DNA of 64,000 nt from a virus. Taxonomy: Duplodnaviria > Caudoviricetes. The stretch is from the IMG/VR virus record IMGVR_UViG_3300010885_021377, positions 1-64,000 of that record, one strand, 5' to 3'. The translations under genes were made by a program, and so were the position numbers. This document shows, piece after piece, positions 1 through 10,434 of this stretch (position 1 is its first letter; every line of letters begins with the position of its first letter). Under the pieces are notes generated by a model that did no database searches, was not told where the DNA came from, and saw nothing but the letters and a program-made list of their open reading frames with translations.

Positions 1-735
1 ATATGGTAATCTATATTTTCTGTTTGTGGATTCTCTTATATACAAATATGCATATTTTTGTTTTAAATCGTCAGAACCTGTAATACTTTTCCATGCTTCT
101 GCGGTAGTATCTATATTTTTAATTTGATCCGTAATCCTAGATGCAAATTCTCCTACTCCCTTTTGTAATTTCTGCGTAACTTTATTAGCATTTTCTCCTA
201 TAGCTCCCATAAATTTTCCGAAACTGTTATCTTTGAATTCTGTTTCTAATTTTTTATAAAATTTGCTCGCTAATGTACCTTCACCGTATCCGGATTCTAA
301 TACATCTGGAAATAACAATGCAGAAGTCATCAAAGAGGATAGATACGAATTACCTGCTAATTTAAATTCTTTTATTTCTATATATGGTATTTCGTCCCAT
401 TTTTTAATTTTATTTTTAGAATAGGTCCAATCATAATCTTTTACTACATTGATTATATCATCTAATGCTGGAGTTGGAATGTTCTTTATATTTTCTAATG
501 GAATATTATTTGGTATATCCACCACTTGAGTAGTTGGTATTGATTCTTGATATGGCGATGCTTGCTTTAATTTCTCGTTATCAGGCTTAGATTTTAAAAA
601 TTCCTCTGCTTCCGCTTGAGATGAAAATCCACTTCCATATTCAAATTTCCCATTGTTGTATCTTTTGGCATATTTCGTAGGATCTGTGGCCGAAGATCTA
701 TTGCTTACAACTCTAATAGTATTGCCAGTGGACAT
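1..735 (-). CDS. Partial late gene (not in ORF track), probable baseplate protein downstream of the tape measure
   Basis: ATG at 735, open for 245 codons to the window edge (MSTGNTIRVVSNRSSATDPTKYAKRY...); TAAATA box 5 nt upstream; follows the tape-measure gene. Function inferred from position only. Confidence 0.6.
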   Translation of the reverse strand, partial: MSTGNTIRVVSNRSSATDPTKYAKRYNNGKFEYGSGFSSQAEAEEFLKSKPDNEKLKQASPYQESIPTTQVVDIPNNIPLENIKNIPTPALDDIINVVKDYDWTYSKNKIKKWDEIPYIEIKEFKLAGNSYLSSLMTSALLFPDVLESGYGEGTLASKFYKKLETEFKDNSFGKFMGAIGENANKVTQKLQKGVGEFASRITDQIKNIDTTAEAWKSITGSDDLKQKYAYLYIRESTNRKYRLPY

Positions 736-769
736 AAAATTATTTAATCAGATGAAATTAAATAGAACT

Positions 770-3700
770 TTAAGATTGCATAGACATAGATGTCAATTTT
801 AAATTATTTCGATAATTGTCTTTAGTTTCAAACGATGGAGAGGATACAGTATTCCGTTTATTAGACTGTCCTAGTATTATATTAGATGGATTTTCTTGAT
901 TATTGTTATTTCCTCCTCCATTATTGATTAATACCTCCAATAATTGATTATTTCGTCTTAATTCTATTAATTGATCTGTTAAGATATCCAATTGTAATTG
1001 GTTAGATTCTTTTATTGCATCTTTTATGCCATTATCATTATCTACATTTATATTTTTGATGATACTAAGATCAGATTCTGTTCTTATTGCATCAAATTTA
1101 GAATAAGCATCCGAAAAATATGATATTCCATATGCCAGATCTATGATTGGCTTAGTTAACAGAGTAATATCTTTAATTAAATTTGATAAGTCCATATCAG
1201 TAGTTAAACTCCTAAGACCTTCTCCCATAAATTTTAGTCCTAATCCTAATTTATATATTTTTTCAGAATTTATACTTTCGAATTTTTTTATTGAACTGAC
1301 AGGATCTGCATTAAAAAATCCCGTAATACTATCGATCATTGACGAACCCAGATTAGATAAAGATCCGAAAAACATCGATCTAAGTCCTTCTCCCAAAAAA
1401 ATTAACCCACTTCCGATTTTTTCAAAATTTATTTGATCCACATCTTCATATTTCATTAAATTATCCGCTATATTCCCGATTAAATCCGATATATCATATA
1501 CTACCCCAATTCCTTTATCTATTATCTTAGAAAACAACCCAACCCCACCCACAAATAAAGAAAATTTAGACATTGCTATAGTAGCTTGTGTTAAACCTTT
1601 GGTTATACTATTCCAAGGTCGATATGCAAATTTCATTAAATGATCCGCTAGATACCCAGCAATAATAGATAGGTATTCTACGGTTCTTGCCCCTGTTGTA
1701 ATGACATCTGCCCCAAATGTTGTTACTATGGCTCCCATTGCCGCTACAACTCCACCAAACATACCCATACCAATTGTTGCGCCCATTAAACCTAATATAA
1801 TATTATCCCACGGCTTATCAGCAAACAATTCCAGATTAACTGCTACCAAACCCGCAGCATTAGCAAGATATACAATATATCCTGCTCCGATTTTTAATAA
1901 TGGTGCCGAAATCAATGCTAAAGCACCCATCTTTGCTACCGTTTTTCCGAATTCCCACATTGCTATCGTAGATCCTCGAAGCCCTTTAATGATCTCATCC
2001 CAATCTTTATCAGAGAATTTACTCAGAGAATCTGCTAAATAACCAGCAACAAAAGATAATCCTATTATTGCTATGCTACCAGCACCTAATAAAATCACTG
2101 ATAATGGGTTTGCTACCAATAATCCAATCCCCGCTACTACCAAACCAAATAAAGTTATAGCTAATGTAGCTAGTCCAAGACCTTTATATATGTCTTCCCA
2201 ATCTTTACCCGCTATTTTAGATAAAGAATCTCCTAAATAACCAACGGTAAACGATAATGCTAATATTGTTGCTGCTCCTATAAGCATATTGACTCCGCCC
2301 TTTTCTGCCAATTTACCTATGGCATATGCAATAGTTCCCATGCCAATTATTGCTATTGCAACATTTGCAAGACCTGATAATAATATGGTCCAGTCCAAGT
2401 TAGCCATATCCAGTAACATCGGAATGACCAAAAATTTAAGCATAAGCGAAAGTGCTAAAACCCCTGCCATAGATTTGATAACATCACTACCTTTTATCCG
2501 TTCTGCCCCTTTCATTGCTAATAAACATGCACCAAATACTAATGACAATTTCATCAATCCTTCTATAAGTTGAACTATGTTTATAGATGTTATATGAGTA
2601 ATTAGCGGTATAATCAGAAAACCGACGGTTAATGCAAATAAAGCAAAACCTTTAACATTTTCGATCACATCACTCGATTTGATCATGCTCATTAGTTTTA
2701 ATACTCCCAAACAACCTGCCATGATTGCACCCAGTTTAAATAAACCCAATGTAATTTTTACTATACCCAAACTAGCCAATCCTACTATCATTGGTATCAC
2801 CAAGAACATTATAGTTGCCGATAATATACCAAATCCTATCGCAGCATCTTTCATTTTACTAGCAAATAACCCAACGGTTACAAACATTGCTACAATTACT
2901 CCGATTACTCCTAGTACTTTTACTAAATTTTCAGTATTAATTAAATTTGAGTTAACTAATGCATTTACTATTAATATCAATCCAGTCCCTAATGCCATTA
3001 GACCTGCTATACTACCCAATTTAGATAATGTTCCACCGGTAGATCCACCAGACATAGCAGGTTTTTTATTTAAAATATCTGTGTTTACTTGAATTAAATC
3101 TGTTAATTGTTGATTTAAGTTCGTTGCGTGAATTTCGGCTCTAGTTATATAATCTATTATAGATGTCCGAAAATCTTCCCATTTCATCTTTCTTAAAAAG
3201 ATGTCCCATGTCCGTAATGTATCTGTAATCTTAGGAACACTACGTTCCACTGCATTTTTTATAGAATCTAATGTTACATTTAGTAATGATAGTATAGGAC
3301 TATAGTCTGGTTTGGGGGCACCGATCTTAGCGTCTATACTGCTTAATATAGGGCCGTAATCAGTTTGTGGAACTGGAGTGCCTAATCTAGTTTCTATTCT
3401 ATTTAAATATGGTTCGTAATCTTTCTGTTTTCCTATTAAAACATATAAAGCGTTTTTAATACTGTCAAAATAAGCAGAATATGAACTAGTATTCGATACT
3501 CTCACCAAATTATCTATACTATCTTTAATTTTATCTAAAGATATTTTAGATTTATTAAAATAATCTGTAAATTTTAATACAGAATCAAATTCTTGTGCAG
3601 TTGCTTTAGCATCTTGCTTTTTAAATCCAAGACCCAATACTTTTTTGTATTCTTCGGCGGTTTCTTTTGCTATTGCTTTAGTTCTAGCTTTTTCTGAGGT

Positions 3701-3832
3701 ATCTAGTGTAGATTTTACTTTAGGTTTACCACCTTTATCTGTAATACCTACAGATATACCAATAGTTGCAGAAATTTTCTGTAACTGTTTTAATATACCA
3801 TCTAAACCAGATATTAATTTAGTATCATCCAC
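770..3832 (-). CDS. Tape measure protein-like tail protein (1020 aa)
   Basis: Long helical, Ala/Gly/Leu/Ile-rich protein with many hydrophobic segments; lies after gp26-like hub genes, tube and sheath; GTG start with TAAATA 6 nt upstream. Confidence 0.7.
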   Translation of the reverse strand: MDDTKLISGLDGILKQLQKISATIGISVGITDKGGKPKVKSTLDTSEKARTKAIAKETAEEYKKVLGLGFKKQDAKATAQEFDSVLKFTDYFNKSKISLDKIKDSIDNLVRVSNTSSYSAYFDSIKNALYVLIGKQKDYEPYLNRIETRLGTPVPQTDYGPILSSIDAKIGAPKPDYSPILSLLNVTLDSIKNAVERSVPKITDTLRTWDIFLRKMKWEDFRTSIIDYITRAEIHATNLNQQLTDLIQVNTDILNKKPAMSGGSTGGTLSKLGSIAGLMALGTGLILIVNALVNSNLINTENLVKVLGVIGVIVAMFVTVGLFASKMKDAAIGFGILSATIMFLVIPMIVGLASLGIVKITLGLFKLGAIMAGCLGVLKLMSMIKSSDVIENVKGFALFALTVGFLIIPLITHITSINIVQLIEGLMKLSLVFGACLLAMKGAERIKGSDVIKSMAGVLALSLMLKFLVIPMLLDMANLDWTILLSGLANVAIAIIGMGTIAYAIGKLAEKGGVNMLIGAATILALSFTVGYLGDSLSKIAGKDWEDIYKGLGLATLAITLFGLVVAGIGLLVANPLSVILLGAGSIAIIGLSFVAGYLADSLSKFSDKDWDEIIKGLRGSTIAMWEFGKTVAKMGALALISAPLLKIGAGYIVYLANAAGLVAVNLELFADKPWDNIILGLMGATIGMGMFGGVVAAMGAIVTTFGADVITTGARTVEYLSIIAGYLADHLMKFAYRPWNSITKGLTQATIAMSKFSLFVGGVGLFSKIIDKGIGVVYDISDLIGNIADNLMKYEDVDQINFEKIGSGLIFLGEGLRSMFFGSLSNLGSSMIDSITGFFNADPVSSIKKFESINSEKIYKLGLGLKFMGEGLRSLTTDMDLSNLIKDITLLTKPIIDLAYGISYFSDAYSKFDAIRTESDLSIIKNINVDNDNGIKDAIKESNQLQLDILTDQLIELRRNNQLLEVLINNGGGNNNNQENPSNIILGQSNKRNTVSSPSFETKDNYRNNLKLTSMSMQS

Positions 3833-3852
3833 TTATAGTATTTATACTTCGA

Positions 3853-4602
3853 TTATTCTTTAGAGAATAACCTAGCATCAATAGATAATACTTCACCATT
3901 TATTGTAATATATTCAGATTCATGTTTTCTGAACTTTTGAATATAATTTAAAATTTCATTATTCAGTGTAGCAGGTAGATTTTCTATTATAGTAAGTCGA
4001 TCTTTAATAGGAATATTTGACATATCTACTATATTATCTTCTTCTATTTCGATTTTCGATACAAATTTGACAATTTCATATACAAATAGTGATCCTACCG
4101 TATCACTAATTTCTTCGTTTTTATTTTTTCTGGTCTTTTCTAGCTGTATATTATTAATTTTTATGTCATTTGCTAAAGAAACTATCTTCAGATAAGCCTT
4201 AAGTGAAGTCCCTCCTAATGGGATCTGCACTTCTGTTGGATAATCATAGATTAGTTTATCCGACAATATCACATCTAAATCAAAAATTTGTTCTTTATCC
4301 TCTTGTTTAAGATTCACTACAGAACCAAAGGATTGCCTCCGTAATGCCAAAATTATTGGATATTTATCCGTAACTAAAAACTCTAAATCCTCCACCGAAT
4401 TGTCTAAAATGATCTGATTTATTATATTACTGATAGTAATTCCTGATAATGTTCCGTCTAACCCGCTCTTTATCAAATCGCGTTGCTGTTTAACTGAAAT
4501 TGGTTTAAATGATACTTCTTTTGCGGCTGATGGTACATACACTGAAACTAAATTTGCATTATTAATTTCATTTAATTTAGACAGGATATTTCCAACATTC
4601 AT
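3853..4602 (-). CDS. gp26: Baseplate hub assembly protein, T4 gp26-like
   Basis: N-terminal VSVYVPSAAKEVSFKPISVKQQRDLI matches the gp26 pattern (lPS.gk.i.frPflVKe.k.Ll); tail-module context. Confidence 0.65.
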   Translation of the reverse strand: MNVGNILSKLNEINNANLVSVYVPSAAKEVSFKPISVKQQRDLIKSGLDGTLSGITISNIINQIILDNSVEDLEFLVTDKYPIILALRRQSFGSVVNLKQEDKEQIFDLDVILSDKLIYDYPTEVQIPLGGTSLKAYLKIVSLANDIKINNIQLEKTRKNKNEEISDTVGSLFVYEIVKFVSKIEIEEDNIVDMSNIPIKDRLTIIENLPATLNNEILNYIQKFRKHESEYITINGEVLSIDARLFSKE

Positions 4603-4636
4603 ATATTAATTTATACTGACTTAACCATTTTGCAAC

Positions 4637-5524
4637 TTATTTAAATTTAGGCATAGTTGGCATGGATGGCATACTAGGAGAATTGGATTTTTGGTCTTCC
4701 TGTTGTCTTTTGATATCTTCGTTATATAAATTTATAAAAACCTTGCAATCATTTGGAGTTATAGATAAAAAATGATCATATGCCATATTAATTTTATTAA
4801 TTAATATAAATTGTAATTCATAAAAATTTCTTAAATTATCATTGAATAAAGATTTTATAAAATAAAATAATGTATTATCAAATGCATTCAAATTTAAATC
4901 ATCTAGACCCAATTTTTCATTTTTATTAATAAGATTAATATTAATAAATTTCTTTTGTGTGGAATTTATATAATTTAATATATCTCCCGTCATTGAAACT
5001 GGAAGTTGAGTTAGTATACTGTCCTTTTCTAATTCTGTCAACTCAAAAAAATTTAAAATATCATCTCCAATTTTAATAGAAAATATAATTTCTTTATAAA
5101 TTTGATCAATATTATCTATATAAAGATTAGTAGGAATTGATAATGTTATTTCCATCTGATCATATAATATAATTTTGGTTAAATCTATATCTTTTAATTT
5201 TATTGAAATTGTATTAGTTATATCTGATACTTTAATTTCTGTTTTAATTTCATTTTTTCCTATTAATTGAAGCTTATTACCTGATGACAAGGCTTTTGCA
5301 TTTAATAAAATATAAAATTTATCAATATTTGATAAATTTTTTATTATAGAATTATCTATAATAATTTCATTTAATATAAAATCAAAATAGGTAGAAATAC
5401 CCTCCTCGTCATTATTAGTAATATATTTGATTAAATCAAAATAATAACGATTAGTTATAGGTTTTATTCTAATATTTTTTTTAAGAATTGGTAAAAATAT
5501 TTTACTAGTAAATCCAGTATCCAT
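4637..5524 (-). CDS. Second gp26-like hub protein with a C-terminal gp51-like segment
   Basis: N-terminal IFLPILKKNIRIKPIT resembles gp26; C-terminal LRNFYELQFILINKINMAYDHFLSITPNDCKVFINLYNEDIKRQQE resembles the gp51 pattern. Confidence 0.5.
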   Translation of the reverse strand: MDTGFTSKIFLPILKKNIRIKPITNRYYFDLIKYITNNDEEGISTYFDFILNEIIIDNSIIKNLSNIDKFYILLNAKALSSGNKLQLIGKNEIKTEIKVSDITNTISIKLKDIDLTKIILYDQMEITLSIPTNLYIDNIDQIYKEIIFSIKIGDDILNFFELTELEKDSILTQLPVSMTGDILNYINSTQKKFININLINKNEKLGLDDLNLNAFDNTLFYFIKSLFNDNLRNFYELQFILINKINMAYDHFLSITPNDCKVFINLYNEDIKRQQEDQKSNSPSMPSMPTMPKFK

Positions 5525-5533
5525 ATTTTGTAA

Positions 5534-6217
5534 TTAATTAGAATATACTTTATATGTATATTGATTATATGTCCATCCCACACTGCTTGAACTTACTTCT
5601 TCTGTATCATATTTTAATACTTTTTCTGATATATCTATTGGTACACACCCAGTAAATATGTGACTTATTCTCATCGGTTTATCAGAGTTTGAACTTTGTC
5701 TTGTATATTCGTTGACCGTAATAGTAGCTTTTATAGACTCTGATCTAGTATTAATTAAACCTTTATATGATGCTGTTATTATCCACGGTCTAATTAAAGT
5801 TTGTACAAAATCTAAATTAGTATCCAGAAAATCGATACTGAGATGTCTCCCTATCATATCTAATCGATCTCCTGCTATGGTTCCTTTCAAATAACCTCCC
5901 ATACCATCAGATCCTGCACTACTTATTGTTAATGACTCTTTTGGCATTTTTACTGATTGTGCAAAATAAAGAGCCAACCCGTCTATGTTGGGTTGACTCT
6001 TTTCGCTTAAAAGCATAGCCTGTATTGTTGGATCTATATAAAACCCATGTACATCTATATCAGTATAATCTTTAATTGTAGAATATAAATTAGAACCATC
6101 TTCTGGTTCAATAGATACAATCCACTGAGTTTTTAAAGGAAAATTATAATTCCAATCTGTTCCTAGTAAATCCAAAAAATGGTTTACTAAACTCGGCGTT
6201 CTTGTAACTTCTGGCAT
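5534..6217 (-). CDS. Tail-tube-fold baseplate protein (gp54/gp19-like)
   Basis: YFAQSVKMPKES...LSIDFLDTN...IRPWI...FTGCVPIDISE...WTYNQY pattern of tube-fold proteins; adjacent to the tube gene. Confidence 0.55.
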   Translation of the reverse strand: MPEVTRTPSLVNHFLDLLGTDWNYNFPLKTQWIVSIEPEDGSNLYSTIKDYTDIDVHGFYIDPTIQAMLLSEKSQPNIDGLALYFAQSVKMPKESLTISSAGSDGMGGYLKGTIAGDRLDMIGRHLSIDFLDTNLDFVQTLIRPWIITASYKGLINTRSESIKATITVNEYTRQSSNSDKPMRISHIFTGCVPIDISEKVLKYDTEEVSSSSVGWTYNQYTYKVYSN

Positions 6218-6224
6218 CTAGTGT

Positions 6225-6818
6225 TTAACTATTATTAGCTGCAATTCCATTAAAATTAGTACGAGAGAAGAAATGATATGCAATACCAACACTAAACGAC
6301 ATCACTGCTCCAGTACCTTCTGCTATACTATAAGAGATTTCTCCTACATTTCTAATAGAACATCCAACCAATTCATATTTAGTGACAACATCCAGACGTT
6401 TATCAAGTTGTAATAGAGTTATGGTAGAAAATCTATTAGTAATAGATCCACCACCTCTACCACTACCAGCAGTACCAGTAACATTTCCGAAAGTTCTGTG
6501 AGATTCATTCATCAATCTTTCTCTAATATCAGAAGTTTCTGGACAATAAAATTCCATTTCGTAATTGTCGCTTCCGGGATATTCTACGGATCCCGGTATA
6601 TTAAAAGTCTGACCTGCGTATTTTACTGGATGATTTACTATAGTACGTCCCGGCAATTTAGCAGTCTTTGCATATAACATATCTCTTGGATCTAATATCA
6701 TAGCTGCTCCCCGAAGTCCATCAAGTGTCACAGATTCGACACGAAATAAATAATCACGAGCAAAATCACTTACTACTGCATCATCATAAAAAGTATTAAT
6801 TATTTGATTAGTTTGCAT
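6225..6818 (-). CDS. gp19: Tail tube protein, gp19-like
   Basis: FARDYLFRV, AKTAKLPGRTI...KYAGQTFNIPG, QLDKR...KYELVGC, FSVGIAYHFF; immediately downstream of the sheath. Confidence 0.75.
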   Translation of the reverse strand: MQTNQIINTFYDDAVVSDFARDYLFRVESVTLDGLRGAAMILDPRDMLYAKTAKLPGRTIVNHPVKYAGQTFNIPGSVEYPGSDNYEMEFYCPETSDIRERLMNESHRTFGNVTGTAGSGRGGGSITNRFSTITLLQLDKRLDVVTKYELVGCSIRNVGEISYSIAEGTGAVMSFSVGIAYHFFSRTNFNGIAANNS

Positions 6819-6836
6819 ATATATTATTATTTAGTT

Positions 6837-9818
6837 TTAAGCTCCAATTATCTCGCTAAAGTTAGCACCCGTTGATGTTGCATAGAAATTTACTAATATA
6901 AATTCGGCAGCACGAACAGGTTTAATATAAATATCAACTACTAGCTCATTTTGATCTATAATTTCTGGAGTATTATTCCTTTGATCGCAAACAATTTGAT
7001 AATCGTATAATCCTTGTGTGTTTTTAGCTCTATTAAAAATTGGAGATAATGTGGCAATTACACGATTTCTTGTAAATGAGGTATTAGGTTCAAATACAAA
7101 GTATTTTGTAGTCTTTTTAGTTGCTTTTTGTAGATATATAAACAATCTTCTAACATTGATACGATCAAACGCACTTGGTTGACGCAATAATGTCTTTTGA
7201 CCAAAAATATTTATTCCATCATTTGGGAAGAATGCAACGGGATTTATAGATATCTTGTAAAGCATGTCTCTTTCTTTTTGTTTTGGAACTATAGCAACTT
7301 CCAATACATTTGTTACACGACCTCTAGTGAACCCAGCGGGGGCATACCAAGGCTCGAAATCCCTATCTACTGCTGCCATATCTGCCGCAGCAAATCCGGA
7401 AAATGGTAGCCATATTTTCATTCCTGTAAATAAATCTAAGGTCTTGACCCAGTTACCGTATGTAGTACAATAGCTACTATTAGCGGTTTCGTACAAATGC
7501 TTCAGAGGATTATAAATATACTGAGAAAATGATTTGTTAGTATCCGATAATACTTTAGTATTGTTACCTGTCACAAATATTTGACGTAACGGATCTGCAA
7601 TAAACATACAATCTTTTCTAATTTTAGAGCAAAAATTATCGAATATATTATATATAGCTATATAATTTCCTCTAACATCATTTCTTTCATCAGATACGGA
7701 AGTAGCGTCATTTAAACTTATGGATTGCATACCTTCTACTAATCCATCAGAACTTTGAGCATCATCAAAGTATGAAACGTGGTTAGCACATGCTGTTGCA
7801 TATATTGTACCCAACCCTGCTTCACATACTAAATCTATATCAAATAATTCGTCGTTTTCTATCTTTCTTAAAGTTCTATCTATTTTGAATCCTAGCAATC
7901 CAATAGATTTACCAGTTGTAGTAAACGAGGAATAACATCCAATAGGGAACAATGCATCAGCATAAGATAAATATTTATTAAGTGTTTTAGTATCACTTAA
8001 GTGATATCCAAATCTAGAAGCGGTATTTTCTTTATTACTGATCATCGTATTTACAGCATTCTTACTGTAAATTCTAACCTTTTTCATTGGAATATTCTCA
8101 GAATTTAACCAAGGTCCACTGTTTTTAGAACTTATATATGTATTAACAAATACATTAATATTATTAGAATTGTTTACCGTATTTTCCAAGAAGAAACTCG
8201 AAGGAGTACCAGCATTTTGGTTGTTTATTTGTCTATAATAATCTAGTGATCCTGTACGAGCTTCTTCGAATCCAAACGACAATTTAACCGCATCTGGATT
8301 ATAAGGACTAGTACGAAGTTTGAACAAGCCAAATGATATAGTATCATCAAAACTATTTCCGTTAATATCCGGGAATGCCGCAGCAGTTTTTTCCAAAGCT
8401 TCCGAAATACTATCAGAATTTCGGTTTGATCCACTATCAGTAGTAGCAGATAAAGGAAATGCTAATTTTGCAATTGGTATTTCTATATATCTAGTATTGG
8501 CAGTAGTACCATCGGTTTTCAATCCAGTATTACCAGCAGTTTGTCCATTTGTATAAATGGATCTTATAGCTGTATGATCACTATTGGGTTGTATACCAGT
8601 ATTATCAGCCATACCTATGTAATGTCCTTCATATCTGTTATTAATAGTAGATTGAATCTTGTTTAAAATTATCATTCCAGCTTTCCCGAAATCTTGAGGA
8701 CCGTTTATAGCACTCAAGGCCGCTGAATTTCGGGAGAACGAATATCCAGTATTAGAAAATGCCGAACCATCTAATACACTCTGATATTGGTCGTAATTAA
8801 GTTCGAAAAATTTGGGTGCTCCGTATACATAGGTACAAGTGTTTTTTAAATCACTATCTAAATCCGTAGTTACTATAGTATCGGCACTTTTTGTGAATAA
8901 GTCTGCACATATTCTAGCACTCAATGCCAAACGAAGTGTAACAGGATTTGTACTATTTTTGTTCGTGGTGTAATTTAAATTTAATGCATCTACTATTGCT
9001 TGTCCTTCTGATGCCGTGAAAGTTTCGTAATAATCCAAACCTTTAAGTTGTAAATTGGTTTTAATTACTGCTAATGATGGTGTCGAATCGATAATTGTTA
9101 CAACTTGCGTTAATTGGAACATTTCTTTTGGTATAAATGCAACATTTCTAAATACTTCCGATTTAGTTTCTGTAGAATTTTTTGTAAATAATGCGGCGGT
9201 ATCTCTAGCACTTAATGCTAATGCACTTACATCAAATCCCAATGTAGCATCAAATCCTATTTTGTTATTATTATTAGAATAATATTCGGTTAACCCCTCG
9301 ATCAAATTTAATCCAGCAGCTAAACTAAATACATCAAAAGTATCTAAACCACTAGTGATAAGATGTGTTTTTTGAGCTAGCAATTCTCGGTTTATAGTAA
9401 TTCTAGAATCTACAGAAGACAATTTGAACATTGTTGCATCTATTCCTGTTACTGTATTAGTGTAAGTTTCTATATAATGCTCTTTCACTGCCATTACAGG
9501 ATACACTAATGCTCCATATGCACTTCCGTAACCTGCTCCTGCTCCATCACCATAGGGCATTCTGTTTACATATAAATTACCAGAAGAGCTGTTTAATATC
9601 TGTCTAGCACTATAATAAAAGTATCTTTCCGCCGAATTAGTTGGAGTTCCATATACTTGTTCTAATTCTTCTATAGAAGTTATTTGTATAATTTCATCGG
9701 TTGGGCCTTTACCTGCGAATCCAGTTATAAATATATTAGTACCTGCTGGTAATACTGGGGATAATGAAAGATCCTTTTCGATGATTTCTACACCGGGAGA
9801 TTGTATGCTTCTTGCCAT
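6837..9818 (-). CDS. gp18: Tail sheath protein, gp18-like, enlarged (993 aa)
   Basis: N-terminal SPGVEIIEKDLS and C-terminal PWYAPAGFTRG, INPVAFFPNDG, GQKTL, AFDRINVRRLF, FVFEPN are hallmark sheath motifs. Confidence 0.95.
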   Translation of the reverse strand: MARSIQSPGVEIIEKDLSLSPVLPAGTNIFITGFAGKGPTDEIIQITSIEELEQVYGTPTNSAERYFYYSARQILNSSSGNLYVNRMPYGDGAGAGYGSAYGALVYPVMAVKEHYIETYTNTVTGIDATMFKLSSVDSRITINRELLAQKTHLITSGLDTFDVFSLAAGLNLIEGLTEYYSNNNNKIGFDATLGFDVSALALSARDTAALFTKNSTETKSEVFRNVAFIPKEMFQLTQVVTIIDSTPSLAVIKTNLQLKGLDYYETFTASEGQAIVDALNLNYTTNKNSTNPVTLRLALSARICADLFTKSADTIVTTDLDSDLKNTCTYVYGAPKFFELNYDQYQSVLDGSAFSNTGYSFSRNSAALSAINGPQDFGKAGMIILNKIQSTINNRYEGHYIGMADNTGIQPNSDHTAIRSIYTNGQTAGNTGLKTDGTTANTRYIEIPIAKLAFPLSATTDSGSNRNSDSISEALEKTAAAFPDINGNSFDDTISFGLFKLRTSPYNPDAVKLSFGFEEARTGSLDYYRQINNQNAGTPSSFFLENTVNNSNNINVFVNTYISSKNSGPWLNSENIPMKKVRIYSKNAVNTMISNKENTASRFGYHLSDTKTLNKYLSYADALFPIGCYSSFTTTGKSIGLLGFKIDRTLRKIENDELFDIDLVCEAGLGTIYATACANHVSYFDDAQSSDGLVEGMQSISLNDATSVSDERNDVRGNYIAIYNIFDNFCSKIRKDCMFIADPLRQIFVTGNNTKVLSDTNKSFSQYIYNPLKHLYETANSSYCTTYGNWVKTLDLFTGMKIWLPFSGFAAADMAAVDRDFEPWYAPAGFTRGRVTNVLEVAIVPKQKERDMLYKISINPVAFFPNDGINIFGQKTLLRQPSAFDRINVRRLFIYLQKATKKTTKYFVFEPNTSFTRNRVIATLSPIFNRAKNTQGLYDYQIVCDQRNNTPEIIDQNELVVDIYIKPVRAAEFILVNFYATSTGANFSEIIGA

Positions 9819-9850
9819 AAAGATATTTAGTATTTTTTACTTGATTTTTT

Positions 9851-10426
9851 TTATACTTTTAATAAATTTGTTTCGATCCTCCGAAAAACAAATTCAAAAT
9901 TTGTTTCAACTTCCGATCCATCTCTATAATTGTATGTTATTTCTCCCAAGGTTATTGGAAATGCCGATTTATAAGTCCATTGTATAATATCATTGTGAAA
10001 TTCGTCTTTTGCTGTTAAAATTATATCAGAAGAATAACGACCCAATCCCATATCTTTGTTATAAATTTCGGTTCCATCGTAAATACCAGTTTTCTCATTT
10101 CTGAGTAAATCTAACCATTTATGTATAACCCAATAATTATTAAATTCATTATCAATAGTGAAATTTACTGAAACTGGATCATATGAAGGTTTGTTATGAG
10201 ATGAAACGAATACTGTACTCCCAGTATATCTTACTTCTTCTGCTGGTATATTATTTTTAGGTACTACCACTCCATAAATAGAGAATTGTAAAGTGTCTAA
10301 ATTTAAATTTGTATTATTTCTATCTAATCTTTTATTATATGGTATTAATTCTTTCGGTAATACTAAAGTTAATACAAATTTGTCTTTCCTGCTTTTATTC
10401 AGTATAGATTGGTCATAATGATTCAT
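9851..10426 (-). CDS. gp3: Tail completion/terminator protein, gp3-like
   Basis: LQFSIYGVVVP...SYDPVSVNFTIDNEFNNYWVIHKWL...WTYKSAFPITLGEITY pattern; start reassigned to ATG 10426 (MNHYDQ), which has TAAATA 5 nt upstream. Confidence 0.6.
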   Translation of the reverse strand: MNHYDQSILNKSRKDKFVLTLVLPKELIPYNKRLDRNNTNLNLDTLQFSIYGVVVPKNNIPAEEVRYTGSTVFVSSHNKPSYDPVSVNFTIDNEFNNYWVIHKWLDLLRNEKTGIYDGTEIYNKDMGLGRYSSDIILTAKDEFHNDIIQWTYKSAFPITLGEITYNYRDGSEVETNFEFVFRRIETNLLKV

Positions 10427-10434
10427 GTTATTAT

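Noticed and set aside
1143-3092. Plus-strand ORFs of 94-137 aa inside the tape-measure gene
   Set aside because: Antisense shadows of a codon-biased hydrophobic gene; no promoters or motifs.
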